From: a virus
Lineage: Duplodnaviria > Caudoviricetes
Direction: 5' to 3' (one strand)
Virus record (IMG/VR): IMGVR_UViG_3300012665_001166
Location: 1-56,488 of that record
Length of the DNA stretch: 56,488 bases
Shown: in pieces, positions 1 to 10,123 of the stretch
Numbering within the stretch: the first letter of the stretch is position 1
Layout: each line of letters begins with the position of its first letter
The notes under the pieces: model-generated
Database searches by the model: none
What the model was told of the DNA's origin: nothing
Seen by the model: the letters and a program-made list of their open reading frames with translations, nothing else
Program-made: the position numbers and the translations under genes

Positions 1-2
1 CA

Positions 3-2975
3 GGATCTTTTAGTATAGTATCTGCATCATTAGCATCTAGAATATCTAATATATCTACGGATTTCGCTGATATACAGAATAAACCAACTTTACTGTCTAG
101 TTCAAGACAAATAGGATCTGAAATATCAGGATCATTTACACTAGTATCTGCATCATTTGCATCAACTATCGGGAACTTAGATAGTATATATGCTACAGAC
201 AGTCAACTTAACACGGTATCTGGATCCTTTGCAACAACTATCAGTAATTTAGATAATATCTACGCTACAGATAGTGAATTAAACATAGTATCTGGAGCTT
301 TTGCTACAACAATCACTAATTTAAGTACTTCTAACGTAGTTGAAGGTACAAACCTTTACTATAGAGACGATAGAGTAAAGAGTAAGTTAAATAGTGAAGG
401 AGTAGTTAGTGGATCTTCTCAAATTAATGTTAAAAACGTACAATATTACAGTACTTTAGCTACAACAGGGTCGAATACCTTCAACGGTAGCCAAATTATT
501 AATGGAGACCTAGAAGTTAACGGAAAATTAACTGCAACTAGCTTTAATAACGTATTTGTCTCGTCTTCTACACTATATACAAGCGGAAGTACTAGATTCG
601 GTGATAGTTTTGATGATAATCACCGTTTTACAGGCTCTGTATTAGTAGATGGAGGTATAAAAGTACAGATAGGTGGTGTTGAAGCTCACTTCTTTCATGG
701 AAATGTTGACTTTGTACATATAATTAATGCTCCTAGGTTTGTTTCTAGTTCTATTCAAATAGGATCCGAAATATCTGGTTCATTTACACTTGTATCATCA
801 TCTTTAGCACAACGAATCACCGATTTAGATAATGTATACGCTACAGACATACAACTTTCTTCAGTTTCCGGTTCAATAGCTAATGATATCACCTATATAC
901 GTGATAATTTTGCATTTGCTTCAAATGTAAATAATATATCCCAATCATTTGCTAATACAATAGGTAACTTAGATACTATATATGCTACAGACACGCAGTT
1001 ATCAACAGTCTCCTCATCATTAGCTAGCCGTATTGACGGTATATCTACTGATTTTTACGATATTACAAATAAACCAACTCTATTATCAGGATCTACACAA
1101 ATAGCTTCTGAGATATCAGGTTCATTTACAGCAATATCAGCATCATTTGCTAATACAATTAGTAATTTAGGGAGTATATACGCTACAGACGTAGAATTAA
1201 GCAACGTATCAGCGTCATTTGCAACATTTGTAAGCAATCTAGATAACACTTACGCTACAGACTCACAATTAACCAATGTTTCTGCTTCATTTGCAACAGT
1301 TATCAGTAACTTAGATAACATCTATGCTACAGATAGTCAACTAACTAACGTATCTGCATCATTTGCAACTACAATAGGTAATTTAGATAATAATTACGCT
1401 ACAGACTTACAGTTGAGTGATGTTTCTGCTTCTTTAGCTAGTTCTATAAGTAATATATCAACAGATTGGCCGGATATTACAAATAAGCCATCTAATATCA
1501 TATCAAGCTCAGTACAGCTTTATAATAGTACATTAACAGGTATGATTATCTCCGGATCCTTTAGTGGATCTTATGTAGGAGATGGATCTGGGTTAACAGG
1601 AGTACAGACTACAGTAGTTCAGAATGCTACAGTAACGGATAACTTTACAGCTGCTACTTCTAAAGTAATTACTCACAATTTTGGCACTAAAAACGTAATA
1701 GTTTCCGTATACGATTCTAACGATGCAGTAATTATACCAAAATCTATAGTAACTACAGATACAAACACAGTAACTCTAGGCTTTGACTACGCAACAACAG
1801 GTAGAGTAGTAGTAGCAAAAGGTGGACACATAGTATCTGGTAGCCAATTAGTCGATATAGTAGAGGTAGCTACTCAAGCAGATAGCTTTACCTCTCAAAC
1901 TACATATACAGCCACTCACAACTTCGGGACTAAGAACGTATTTGTTACAGTTTACGACAATAACGATAATGTAGTTATACCTGCTATAATTAATACACCA
2001 ACAACTAGTTCGGTACAGTTAACTTTTGCAGAATCTACTACAGGTAGAGTTGTAATTGGTAAAGCAGGACATGTCATAACCCCGGAGAGTGTAAATCTTA
2101 CATTATTCCCATATACAGGTAATGCAAGTATCACTGGATCTTTAGGAGTAACAGGACAATCAGAATTTGGAGGCAACTTAGTACCGAAAACACCACAAGG
2201 AGCAACATTAGGAACTGCAGAAAGACCTTTCCGAGAAATATACTTACAGTCAGGTTCGATTAATATTGAATCAGATACGCCTGGCGACCCTCCTACAAGA
2301 TTTTCTAACGTAGACGGTAACATATTAGTTTCAACAGGTGGTATGCAATTAACAGGTGCTGCTTCTTTTAGAGCAGCTACAGGATCATTTGATTACATAA
2401 GTGGATCAATGACTCAGATTGGAGATTATACACAGTATGGAGATTATAAGTTAGACGGAGATAAAGAAATATCAGGATCACTTAAAATTAGCGGTTCAGT
2501 AACACTTAACGGGAACAAACTTTATAATTTCGGACAATTCTACGATACAACAACACAAAGTGGTTCAGCAAATACTGCTCATTCAATGAAAGTAAACACT
2601 ACTGATATAAGTAGCGGAGTAAGTGTAGTAGATGGAACAAAAATTAAAGTAGATAATAAGGGAGTATACAACGTACAATTCTCTACACAACTAGAACAGA
2701 CAACAAACGGAGCATCTGATATAAGTATCTGGTTAAGAAAAGATGGAGTAAACGTGACTAACTCAAACACTGAAATAACAATAGAGAAAGTAGCAGGCGG
2801 TGGTAAATTAGTAGCTGCATGGAACTATATGATACAGTTAAATGCAAATCAATACGTAGAGTTAGTATGGTCTTCAAATAGTGCCAATACACAACTACAT
2901 TACCACAGTACTCAAACTACACCAACAAGACCAGCTACTCCTTCAGTAATTATAACTGTAACCCAAATAGCATAA
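3..2975 (+). CDS. Large fibre/adhesin-like virion protein, 5'-partial: YATD repeats, two THNFGTKNV domains, C-terminal C1q/TNF-like head
   Basis: Manual translation shows frame 3 open from position 3 (GSFSIVSASLASRISN...) into the listed 1413..2975 ORF, so the TTG at 1413 is internal. C-terminus GVYNVQFSTQL...ISIWLRKDG...QLNANQYVELVW resembles a C1q/BclA-type jelly roll. Confidence 0.75.
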   Translation, partial: GSFSIVSASLASRISNISTDFADIQNKPTLLSSSRQIGSEISGSFTLVSASFASTIGNLDSIYATDSQLNTVSGSFATTISNLDNIYATDSELNIVSGAFATTITNLSTSNVVEGTNLYYRDDRVKSKLNSEGVVSGSSQINVKNVQYYSTLATTGSNTFNGSQIINGDLEVNGKLTATSFNNVFVSSSTLYTSGSTRFGDSFDDNHRFTGSVLVDGGIKVQIGGVEAHFFHGNVDFVHIINAPRFVSSSIQIGSEISGSFTLVSSSLAQRITDLDNVYATDIQLSSVSGSIANDITYIRDNFAFASNVNNISQSFANTIGNLDTIYATDTQLSTVSSSLASRIDGISTDFYDITNKPTLLSGSTQIASEISGSFTAISASFANTISNLGSIYATDVELSNVSASFATFVSNLDNTYATDSQLTNVSASFATVISNLDNIYATDSQLTNVSASFATTIGNLDNNYATDLQLSDVSASLASSISNISTDWPDITNKPSNIISSSVQLYNSTLTGMIISGSFSGSYVGDGSGLTGVQTTVVQNATVTDNFTAATSKVITHNFGTKNVIVSVYDSNDAVIIPKSIVTTDTNTVTLGFDYATTGRVVVAKGGHIVSGSQLVDIVEVATQADSFTSQTTYTATHNFGTKNVFVTVYDNNDNVVIPAIINTPTTSSVQLTFAESTTGRVVIGKAGHVITPESVNLTLFPYTGNASITGSLGVTGQSEFGGNLVPKTPQGATLGTAERPFREIYLQSGSINIESDTPGDPPTRFSNVDGNILVSTGGMQLTGAASFRAATGSFDYISGSMTQIGDYTQYGDYKLDGDKEISGSLKISGSVTLNGNKLYNFGQFYDTTTQSGSANTAHSMKVNTTDISSGVSVVDGTKIKVDNKGVYNVQFSTQLEQTTNGASDISIWLRKDGVNVTNSNTEITIEKVAGGGKLVAAWNYMIQLNANQYVELVWSSNSANTQLHYHSTQTTPTRPATPSVIITVTQIA
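1160..1440 (+). repeat. Tandem 72-nt (24-aa) repeats, consensus NLDNIYATDSQLTNVSASFATTIG
   Basis: GCTACAGA cores recur at ~72-nt spacing near 1182, 1254, 1326 and 1398. Further copies lie near 190, 265, 840 and 985. Confidence 0.9.
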
Positions 2976-3004
2976 TAGTATTACAAGAAGTTGAAAGAAG
3001 TAGA

Positions 3005-3011
3005 TATTTAT
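3005..3011 (+). promoter_or_regulatory. TATTTAT motif, candidate phage late-type promoter
   Basis: Intergenic, ~38 nt before the ATG at 3049. The same motif recurs before many other genes. Confidence 0.55.
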
Positions 3012-3048
3012 TAACAACGTAGCAAAAAGACTATAAAAGAAGAATAAC

Positions 3049-6000
3049 ATGAGAATTGACAATCCAATAGGTATTAACGCCGCACTGACAGGATCCTTTA
3101 GTGGGTCTTTTTATGGAAACGGTAGCGGTTTAACAGGTGTAGCAGCCTCTAACGTAGAGTTTGCTAACGTATTAAATAAACCGACCTTATTATCAGGATC
3201 AGCACAAATTGCATCCCAAATATCTGGTTCATTTACTGCAGTATCTGCATCAATTGCCACTAGATTTGACAACCTAGGTACCGGCTTTGCAACTGATAGT
3301 GAATTAGCAAACGTTTCTTCTTCTTTAGCAGGAGATATTACTAATATCTACAATACTCATGCTACAGATATTGAATTAGCGAATGTTTCTTCTTCATTAG
3401 CAGGAAGCATTACAACTAATTACAACACCTTCGGACAAGTTTCTTCTTCTTTAGCTAATAGAATCACTACAATCACAGATAACTACGCTACAGACGCTGA
3501 GTTAGCAGCTGTTTCTGCTTCATTAGCAGGTAATGTCGCTACAATTTTCAGTACCTATGCTACGGATACTGAATTAGCAAACGTTTCTTCTTCTTTTGCT
3601 ACAAGCGTAACTAGTATTAATAATACAATCAACGGATTAGATAGTACTTACGCTACAGATGCACAACTAGCAGCTGTTTCTTCTTCTTTAGTACAGGTTG
3701 ATAGTAATATAAACGCAACAATAACAGCAGTTTCTTCTTCTTTAGTACAAACTATACAAGGAGTTGATAGTCGATTGACAACAGTATCTGGTTCTTTAGC
3801 AACTAGAATAGATAATATTAATACAAACATAGGTAACTTAGACAGTACATATGCTACTGATGCAGAATTAATATTAGTATCAAGCTCTTTTGCTTCTACA
3901 ACAAGTACCAACGTACAAATAGCTCGTTTAAACTCTGGATCATTTGCAGGAAGAATCGATTCAATAAATTCTACAATTAACAACCTAGGAAGTACTTACG
4001 CTACAGACAGTGAATTAGCTTCTGTATCAAGTTCTTTATCAACTAGAATAGCTGCAGATGAATCTAACTTAACAACTGCAATCGGAGTAAATAATACTCA
4101 AAATAATAGATTAGCTGCTCTTGAAGCTGCTACAGGATCTTATCAAGCAGGATTGACATTTAACGATACTTTCGGACAAGGTGGTATTGACTTTACAAAC
4201 ACATCTGGTACAATTACTGCAAATGCAGTAGGTCTAGGTCCAACTAGTGATGTAGTATTTAATAACGGTACATTTAACGGAAGCGTATTAATAGACGGTA
4301 ACTTAATTGTATCAGGATCTAATACATCTTTACAGGTACAAAACTTACAAGTAGCTGACGCTTTTATATATTTAAACAGCGGTAGTAACTCTACTAACCC
4401 GGATATGGGTTTTGCAGGAAACTATAACGACGGTACTTACCATCACGCAGGTTTTTTTAGAGATGCTTCTGATGCAGGTACATTTAAGGTATTTGAAAAT
4501 TACGGACCAGAACCAGATGCAAGTATCTACATTGATACTACTCATGCTACATTTAGATTAGCACCATTTGCAGCCGCTAAAATTACTGCAACATCTATAA
4601 CCGGATCTTTATCAGGTAACGCTTCTACAGCTTCTAAATTAGCAACTGCTAGAACAATTACATTAGGCGGTGATTTAACAGGTAACGTTTCTTTTGATGG
4701 ATCTGCAGGAGTAACTTTAACAGCAACAATTGCTGCTGACTCAGTTGCTTTAGGAACTGATACAACAGGTAATTATGTAGCAAGTTTAGTAGCAGGCACA
4801 GGAATTAGTTTAGCAAACAACACAGGAGAAGGAGCTACACCTACAATTACAAACTCTGCCCCTGACCAAACAGTAGTATTAACTGCAGGTTCAAATGTAA
4901 GTATTTCAGGAACATATCCTAACTTTACAATTGCATCTACAGATACAAATACAACATATACAGCTTCTACAGGTCTATCTCTAACAGGCACAGCCTTTAG
5001 TATTGATAGCTCAGTTGTAACATTATCAGGAGCTCAGACATTAACTAATAAGACAATAAACGGTTCTCAGTTAGTAGATGCTTCTGTAGCAAATGCTAAA
5101 TTAACTAACTCATCGGTAACTGTAACAGCAGGAACTGGAATGAGTGGTGGAGGTGCTGTTTCATTAGGAAGTTCAATAACTCTAACTAACGCCGGTGTTA
5201 CTTCAAACGTAGCCGGAACAGGTATTTCAGTATCAGGAGGAACCGGAGCAGTAACAATTACTAACTCAGATAGGGGTTCTTCTCAAAATATATTTAAGAA
5301 TATTGCAGTATCAGGACAATCTACAGTAGTAGCTGACGGTAATGACGATACGTTAACTTTTGCAGGCGCAGGAGCTACAACAATCACAACAAATGCTTCT
5401 ACAGATACTATTACAATTTCTTCTACAGATACAACTTACTCGGTAGGTGATGGAGGTTTAACACAAGTTAACTTTACAACTACTCGTAGAGATAAATTAG
5501 ACGGTATTGCTGCTAACGCAAATAACTACTCATTACCTACAGCTACTTCAACAGCTCTAGGAGGTATTGAATTATTTAGCGATACAGCTCAATCAGTAGC
5601 AGCTAATAGTGTATCATCAACAGCTTCTAGAACATACGGATTACAGTTGAATGCTGCTTCACAAGGCGTTGTTAACGTACCTTGGACAGACACAACCTAT
5701 TCAGTAGGTGATGGTGGTTTGACAGCTGTAAACTTTACAACAACTCGTAGAGATAAATTAGACGGTATTGCAGCAGGAGCTACTAACGTAACAAATAATA
5801 ATCAAATATCAAACGGTGCAGGATACATAACAGCATCTTCTTCAGATACTTTAACGAATAAAAGCGGTAACATATCACAATGGACTAACAACTCAGGATA
5901 TATTACATCTTCAGCTACATCTTTAAACCTTTCAGGTAACTTAACAGTGTCATCTGGTAATACAACAGGAGGGGGTATTATATTAGCGGATGATGGAGAT

Positions 6001-6435
6001 ATCGTAGATATGAATGATGCTTATTGTTCTATGAGATTTACCGCAGGTGTAAGAGTATTCTCAGCTAATAGAGGCGGTTCTGCAGTTATTACACTGAGTA
6101 ACGGAGGATCAATAACAGCTTCAGGAGATATAACTGCTTTTTCTGACGAAAGAGTAAAAGAGAATATAAATACAATCGAAAATGCTTTAGATAAAGTAAA
6201 AGCGCTAAGAGGAGTTACATATAACAGAACGGACAAAGAAGATAAATCTGAAAAGATAGGGGTAATTGCTCAAGAGATTCAAGAAGTACTTCCACAAGTA
6301 GTACATGAAGACGTAGATGGTATGTTAGGAGTATCTTACGGTAATATAACCGCAGTACTTATTGAAGCAATGAAAGAGCAACAAGCACAGATTGAATTAT
6401 TAAAAGCAGAAATAGCAGAATTAAAAAATAAATAA
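3049..6435 (+). CDS. Tail fibre protein with YATD repeats and C-terminal peptidase S74 intramolecular chaperone
   Basis: SDERVKENI...GVIAQEIQEVLPQVV...VSYGNITAVLIEAMKEQQ is the S74 autocleaving chaperone signature. SKLATARTITLGGDLTGNVSFDGS is a typical fibre motif. Confidence 0.9.
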   Translation: MRIDNPIGINAALTGSFSGSFYGNGSGLTGVAASNVEFANVLNKPTLLSGSAQIASQISGSFTAVSASIATRFDNLGTGFATDSELANVSSSLAGDITNIYNTHATDIELANVSSSLAGSITTNYNTFGQVSSSLANRITTITDNYATDAELAAVSASLAGNVATIFSTYATDTELANVSSSFATSVTSINNTINGLDSTYATDAQLAAVSSSLVQVDSNINATITAVSSSLVQTIQGVDSRLTTVSGSLATRIDNINTNIGNLDSTYATDAELILVSSSFASTTSTNVQIARLNSGSFAGRIDSINSTINNLGSTYATDSELASVSSSLSTRIAADESNLTTAIGVNNTQNNRLAALEAATGSYQAGLTFNDTFGQGGIDFTNTSGTITANAVGLGPTSDVVFNNGTFNGSVLIDGNLIVSGSNTSLQVQNLQVADAFIYLNSGSNSTNPDMGFAGNYNDGTYHHAGFFRDASDAGTFKVFENYGPEPDASIYIDTTHATFRLAPFAAAKITATSITGSLSGNASTASKLATARTITLGGDLTGNVSFDGSAGVTLTATIAADSVALGTDTTGNYVASLVAGTGISLANNTGEGATPTITNSAPDQTVVLTAGSNVSISGTYPNFTIASTDTNTTYTASTGLSLTGTAFSIDSSVVTLSGAQTLTNKTINGSQLVDASVANAKLTNSSVTVTAGTGMSGGGAVSLGSSITLTNAGVTSNVAGTGISVSGGTGAVTITNSDRGSSQNIFKNIAVSGQSTVVADGNDDTLTFAGAGATTITTNASTDTITISSTDTTYSVGDGGLTQVNFTTTRRDKLDGIAANANNYSLPTATSTALGGIELFSDTAQSVAANSVSSTASRTYGLQLNAASQGVVNVPWTDTTYSVGDGGLTAVNFTTTRRDKLDGIAAGATNVTNNNQISNGAGYITASSSDTLTNKSGNISQWTNNSGYITSSATSLNLSGNLTVSSGNTTGGGIILADDGDIVDMNDAYCSMRFTAGVRVFSANRGGSAVITLSNGGSITASGDITAFSDERVKENINTIENALDKVKALRGVTYNRTDKEDKSEKIGVIAQEIQEVLPQVVHEDVDGMLGVSYGNITAVLIEAMKEQQAQIELLKAEIAELKNK
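5425..5775 (+). repeat. Two 90-nt direct repeats (5425-5514, 5686-5775) encoding TDTTYSVGDGGLTxVNFTTTRRDKLDGIAA
   Basis: Near-identical 30-aa segments 261 nt apart, differing mostly at synonymous sites. Confidence 0.9.
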
Positions 6436-6436
6436 A

Positions 6437-6988
6437 ATGGGTTTACGTTTAAATGTTGATCTAGAGACGAGCGCAGGACCTTCTCAAGAGGTCTATGCTC
6501 GAGTAGAAAGCATCAGTTATAATAAATTTACCTCAGCAGTAATGTTTCAAATTACATACTGGGTAGATCAAAATCATGCAATAAAAGCTACTAAGACTTT
6601 TTTGGATGAAGAGCCGAGAAACATGGTAGGTTTAATTTACGATAGAGTAATTTACTACCCATCAGAAAACTCAGATGAGATTGAAATAAATTTACCGCAG
6701 TACTTAGATGTATTTGCAGTAAATGAAGAAGAGGTAGATATACCTATATACGAGACTAAATTAGGGAAAAGAGAAGTACCTTATGTTAGTTTTGATGAGA
6801 ACGGAGATGAAGTAACTTTATACAGAACTATAACTGAAGAAAAACAAGTTCAGGTAGGAGTTAAAAAAGAAGTAAAAAAAGTAATTGACTACGGTGTATC
6901 GAATAGATTAGCAGAATTTACTTACGAGGTTTTAAAAGGTGAATTAGCAAAATGGTTTCCTAAAGATAATATCGAAACAGTAAAATAA
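6437..6988 (+). CDS. Hypothetical protein, possibly fibre-associated
   Basis: 183-aa acidic ORF starting 1 nt after the fibre stop; no recognised motif. Confidence 0.7.
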   Translation: MGLRLNVDLETSAGPSQEVYARVESISYNKFTSAVMFQITYWVDQNHAIKATKTFLDEEPRNMVGLIYDRVIYYPSENSDEIEINLPQYLDVFAVNEEEVDIPIYETKLGKREVPYVSFDENGDEVTLYRTITEEKQVQVGVKKEVKKVIDYGVSNRLAEFTYEVLKGELAKWFPKDNIETVK

Positions 6989-6989
6989 G

Positions 6990-7454
6990 ATGTCAAGAAA
7001 AACGTACGGTGGATCAAATATAAATTGGGGGTCTTTTGACGAATGGTCAAACTCAGTTTCTTCAGACAGTAACACTTCTATTAGTACTGCCATGAATGAT
7101 ATGTACCCAGCGAACACGTCTCCATTCAGTGCAAGTGAGTTAGCAAATAGTACAATTTTTAAAGGAGTAATACGAGCACAAACAGGAGGCACAGTTGCAC
7201 TTACCGCACCGTACACTGTTACTGCAACTAGTGGAAATATAACATTAAAGAACGTTTTCTTAAATGCCTATAATATAACAATAGTTGCATCCGCTACGTA
7301 CCCTTGGACATTTTCGGCATGGAGATCAGGAGCCGGTGCAACAGGTGATGTAATTTCAACATCAGCTACATTTACCATTACCAATAGCAGTAATGCAGAC
7401 TATGCTAACTACTACGCATACTTCACAACCACTCACTTAAATCCTTACGCATAG
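6990..7454 (+). CDS. Small S/T/A-rich putative virion protein with InlB B-repeat-like C-terminal domain
   Basis: ITIVASATYPWTFSAW...ISTSATFTIT...YYAYF resembles the divergent B-repeat pattern. Confidence 0.55.
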   Translation: MSRKTYGGSNINWGSFDEWSNSVSSDSNTSISTAMNDMYPANTSPFSASELANSTIFKGVIRAQTGGTVALTAPYTVTATSGNITLKNVFLNAYNITIVASATYPWTFSAWRSGAGATGDVISTSATFTITNSSNADYANYYAYFTTTHLNPYA

Positions 7455-7456
7455 TA

Positions 7457-7488
7457 GTTGGATATATGCAAAAAAGTTCGTAATTTTA
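7457..7488 (+). promoter_or_regulatory. Bipartite promoter GTTG-N20-TAATTTTA (Bacteroidota -33/-7 like)
   Basis: Intergenic, heads modification cluster A. The same geometry is seen at six other sites. Confidence 0.6.
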
Positions 7489-7507
7489 ATAATTAATTGA
7501 CTTAGTT

Positions 7508-8362
7508 TTGAAAGTAATTTGGGTTTTAGAAAATATTAAAGATGATGAGAGTATCTACGGAAAACTAAATACTCTTATGCTAATTGCTTCCATACAGTTA
7601 TGGAAGAAAAATCATCCTGCAGACAACTGTGTACTCTATTGTGATAAATTAACCCTACGTTATATAGAGCGTCTCTCTATAGGTCATTTATGGGATAAGA
7701 TAGAAGAATACACTCATACAAGAAACATCGATAGAAACGTATTCTGGGCGGCTAGTAAAGTAGCAGTTCTTTCTCAACAAACAGAACCGGTTATACTAAT
7801 GGATAACGATACCTTAGTATATAAACCAATTGCTCATCTTCTAGATAAAGATATAACATATGTATGTAATCTAGAAAAAGGAAGAGGCTATTACCCGACT
7901 GGGTATGATGAGATAATTAAAAAACTAAGTTACCGTCCTCGATGGAAAACTGATTCTCTTTGCGTAGCATTTTTACATTTACCTGATCCGGAATTTACTA
8001 GACTGTATGCTAATATGAGTTTAGATATGATGGAAGAGATGACAGCTTTAGGTGCACCAAATCCACAATACTTAATCTTCTCAGAACAATTACTTCTCCG
8101 ACATTTGCTAGAAGTAAAACAAAAACCACTAAAAGGTTTAATAAGAACATATTGGGATTGCCAAGCGTGGGAATGGGCAGACGATCATGAAGATGGGTTA
8201 TGGACTTATGAAGAATCTCAGCAATACTTTAAACATTACGGACCTTTAAAAAACTGGATTATCAGAAACGAAGGTGACCAGAATTACGATAGGGTAATAA
8301 AAGAGTTGGAAAATTGCGTAAATATGCCTAACTTAGACCTATCGCACTTAACGGTTATGTAA
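7508..8362 (+). CDS. DUF6734-like protein, putative GT-A fold transferase
   Basis: FWAASKVAVLSQQTEPVILMDND with a DxD motif; paralogous to 21252..22064. TTG start. Confidence 0.55.
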   Translation: MKVIWVLENIKDDESIYGKLNTLMLIASIQLWKKNHPADNCVLYCDKLTLRYIERLSIGHLWDKIEEYTHTRNIDRNVFWAASKVAVLSQQTEPVILMDNDTLVYKPIAHLLDKDITYVCNLEKGRGYYPTGYDEIIKKLSYRPRWKTDSLCVAFLHLPDPEFTRLYANMSLDMMEEMTALGAPNPQYLIFSEQLLLRHLLEVKQKPLKGLIRTYWDCQAWEWADDHEDGLWTYEESQQYFKHYGPLKNWIIRNEGDQNYDRVIKELENCVNMPNLDLSHLTVM

Positions 8363-9085
8363 ATGTCAATAGTAGATTTAAAATATATACAAGAAAAAAT
8401 AACTACTAATAACGGAACTCCAATAGAATATAGGTGGACTCATGGCGCAACAGATAAACATCTAGGAGACGGGTTATTAGTTTATAGCATCATACAGATG
8501 ATGCGAGCAAAAGTATGTGTTTGTATCGGTAGTGGAAGCGGTTTTATTCCCCGTATCATGACACAAGCTAGAATTGACTTACATACACAAAATATATTTG
8601 AAGGAAATGGAGACTATAATTGGGGTGATATTGGTGCTAGTTATCTTGTTGACGCTTGTAATGGCGTTGGGGGCCCTAATGATTTGGATGATGAGAATTC
8701 ATTCTTCCGTAAGAACTTTTATCCTAGATTCATCAAATCGACTTCTGTCGACGCCTATTATAACTTCTTTGTTAAACAAGATATTCAAATAGACTTTCTC
8801 TTTATAGATGGGGATCATTCCTACGAAGGAGTAAAGACAGATTTCGAATTATACTCTAAACTACTTTCAGATAAAGGAATTATTGCTATTCACGACACGG
8901 ATAAAAATTACGAAAAAGCACTTATCATTTCTGAAGATGCAAAAAAAGATTACCACCCATTTACAGGGCCCTCTAAATTTATAGAGGAATTAGGACCAGA
9001 ATGGAAATTGTTTAACTTCTTTAATGAAGGTATATTAAAGGATAAACCATCATCTACAGGACTTACAATTATACAACATGCTTAA
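8363..9085 (+). CDS. Class I SAM-dependent methyltransferase (Methyltransf_24-like)
   Basis: CIGSGSG, DFLFIDGDHSYEGVKTDF and IAIHD motifs. Confidence 0.85.
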   Translation: MSIVDLKYIQEKITTNNGTPIEYRWTHGATDKHLGDGLLVYSIIQMMRAKVCVCIGSGSGFIPRIMTQARIDLHTQNIFEGNGDYNWGDIGASYLVDACNGVGGPNDLDDENSFFRKNFYPRFIKSTSVDAYYNFFVKQDIQIDFLFIDGDHSYEGVKTDFELYSKLLSDKGIIAIHDTDKNYEKALIISEDAKKDYHPFTGPSKFIEELGPEWKLFNFFNEGILKDKPSSTGLTIIQHA

Positions 9086-9917
9086 TTTAGTAACAGTAGT
9101 AGGGCGTAATACACATATCCTTCCGCATATGTTAAAACACTATGAAGGAAAAGTAGATAAGATGTATGTAGCTGTTTATAGACAAGATGAGAATGATGGA
9201 GTATTAGAAGAGGTTTTAGACTTAGGAATAAAACCTTGTATAGTTACAACAGAAGAAAAATACAATTGGGAAAGAGTAACTGCTTTATACAACTACATAA
9301 AAGGAACAAGACCTAACGACTGGTGGATAGTTTCTGATGATGATGAACTACAGGTTTATCCTTATGAAATTTCTGATATAATTAAAGAATGTGAAAAGCA
9401 TAACTTTGATTTTGTAACAGGAGGTTTTTTAGATAGAATAGGACCTGACGGAATATTTCCGGAAGTAACTAGAGATACCGATATACATTCTGCTTTCCCT
9501 TACGCAGGTTTTTTTAGGTACCCAATGTCAAAAGCATGCCCTAATAAGGTAACTCTTATGAAAGGCTTTCAAGATATTTGCTCAGGACAACACTACGCTA
9601 CCTTTAAAGATGGAACAAATAGTTGGGGAAAGTCACACCCTAAAAGAATGCCAATTGAAGAAGTTTTTACTCAAGTACACCACTTTAAATGGGATTCTAC
9701 TTGTGTGGAAAGAATAAAAGAAGTAGCTGATGTCAATAAAACTTATGCGTATTCTGAGGAATACAAAGCGATGTACAATGCAATAAGGGTTTTTGACTGG
9801 AAAATTGATATATGTAATCCTGAATTTAAAGTTGAAAAATTGAATAATTTTTCGTATATTGATTATATGGATTATACTAAATGGAATTTATTAAGAGATA
9901 AAATTGTTACAATATGA
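9078..9917 (+). CDS. Glycosyltransferase family 2-like protein
   Basis: ILPHMLKHY, WWIVSDDDEL (DxDE), GQH and HHFKW motifs. Confidence 0.7.
   Translation: MLNLVTVVGRNTHILPHMLKHYEGKVDKMYVAVYRQDENDGVLEEVLDLGIKPCIVTTEEKYNWERVTALYNYIKGTRPNDWWIVSDDDELQVYPYEISDIIKECEKHNFDFVTGGFLDRIGPDGIFPEVTRDTDIHSAFPYAGFFRYPMSKACPNKVTLMKGFQDICSGQHYATFKDGTNSWGKSHPKRMPIEEVFTQVHHFKWDSTCVERIKEVADVNKTYAYSEEYKAMYNAIRVFDWKIDICNPEFKVEKLNNFSYIDYMDYTKWNLLRDKIVTI
9831..9862 (+). promoter_or_regulatory. Bipartite promoter GTTG-N20-TATATTGA
   Basis: Inside the 3' end of the GT2-like gene, ~50 nt before 9914; matches the recurring motif including TTCG before TA. Confidence 0.5.
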
Positions 9918-10123
9918 GTAAAATACTAAAACAAGACGAATTAGACCTAATCGCTTTAGAAGAAAGAAAGGTTAGAGCTCTAGAGAAAATTGCAGCATCA
10001 GTAGATGCATTGACTATTTGGTTTGAAGAAGTAGATAAAGATGATTGGAGCGAACGCATCCAGTTCTACTTGAATGAGTTTCATAAATTTCAAAAGCCAA
10101 AAGACCCAACTGTAAATGGATAA
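9914..10123 (+). CDS. Hypothetical protein (69 aa)
   Basis: Overlaps both neighbours in operon style (ATGA); helical composition. Confidence 0.65.
   Translation: MSKILKQDELDLIALEERKVRALEKIAASVDALTIWFEEVDKDDWSERIQFYLNEFHKFQKPKDPTVNG

Noticed and set aside
1413-1415. TTG start given for the first fibre ORF
   Set aside because: The frame is open from position 3 with the same repeats, so the true start is upstream of the window.
1160-1440. 72-nt periodic repeats as a CRISPR array
   Set aside because: Repeats are in-frame, degenerate at third codon positions and lack unique spacers; no cas genes.
5425-5775. Repeat pair as a DGR template/variable region
   Set aside because: Differences are mostly synonymous and not adenine-specific; no reverse transcriptase in the window.
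8574-8792. 72-aa + strand ORF with a hydrophobic stretch (holin-like?)
   Set aside because: Fully nested out of frame in the methyltransferase gene, with no independent support.
9914-10123. Small ORFs (also 22722..22979) as RiPP precursors for the radical SAM array
   Set aside because: They look like ordinary helical proteins with no leader/core pattern, and no RRE, protease or transporter is evident.
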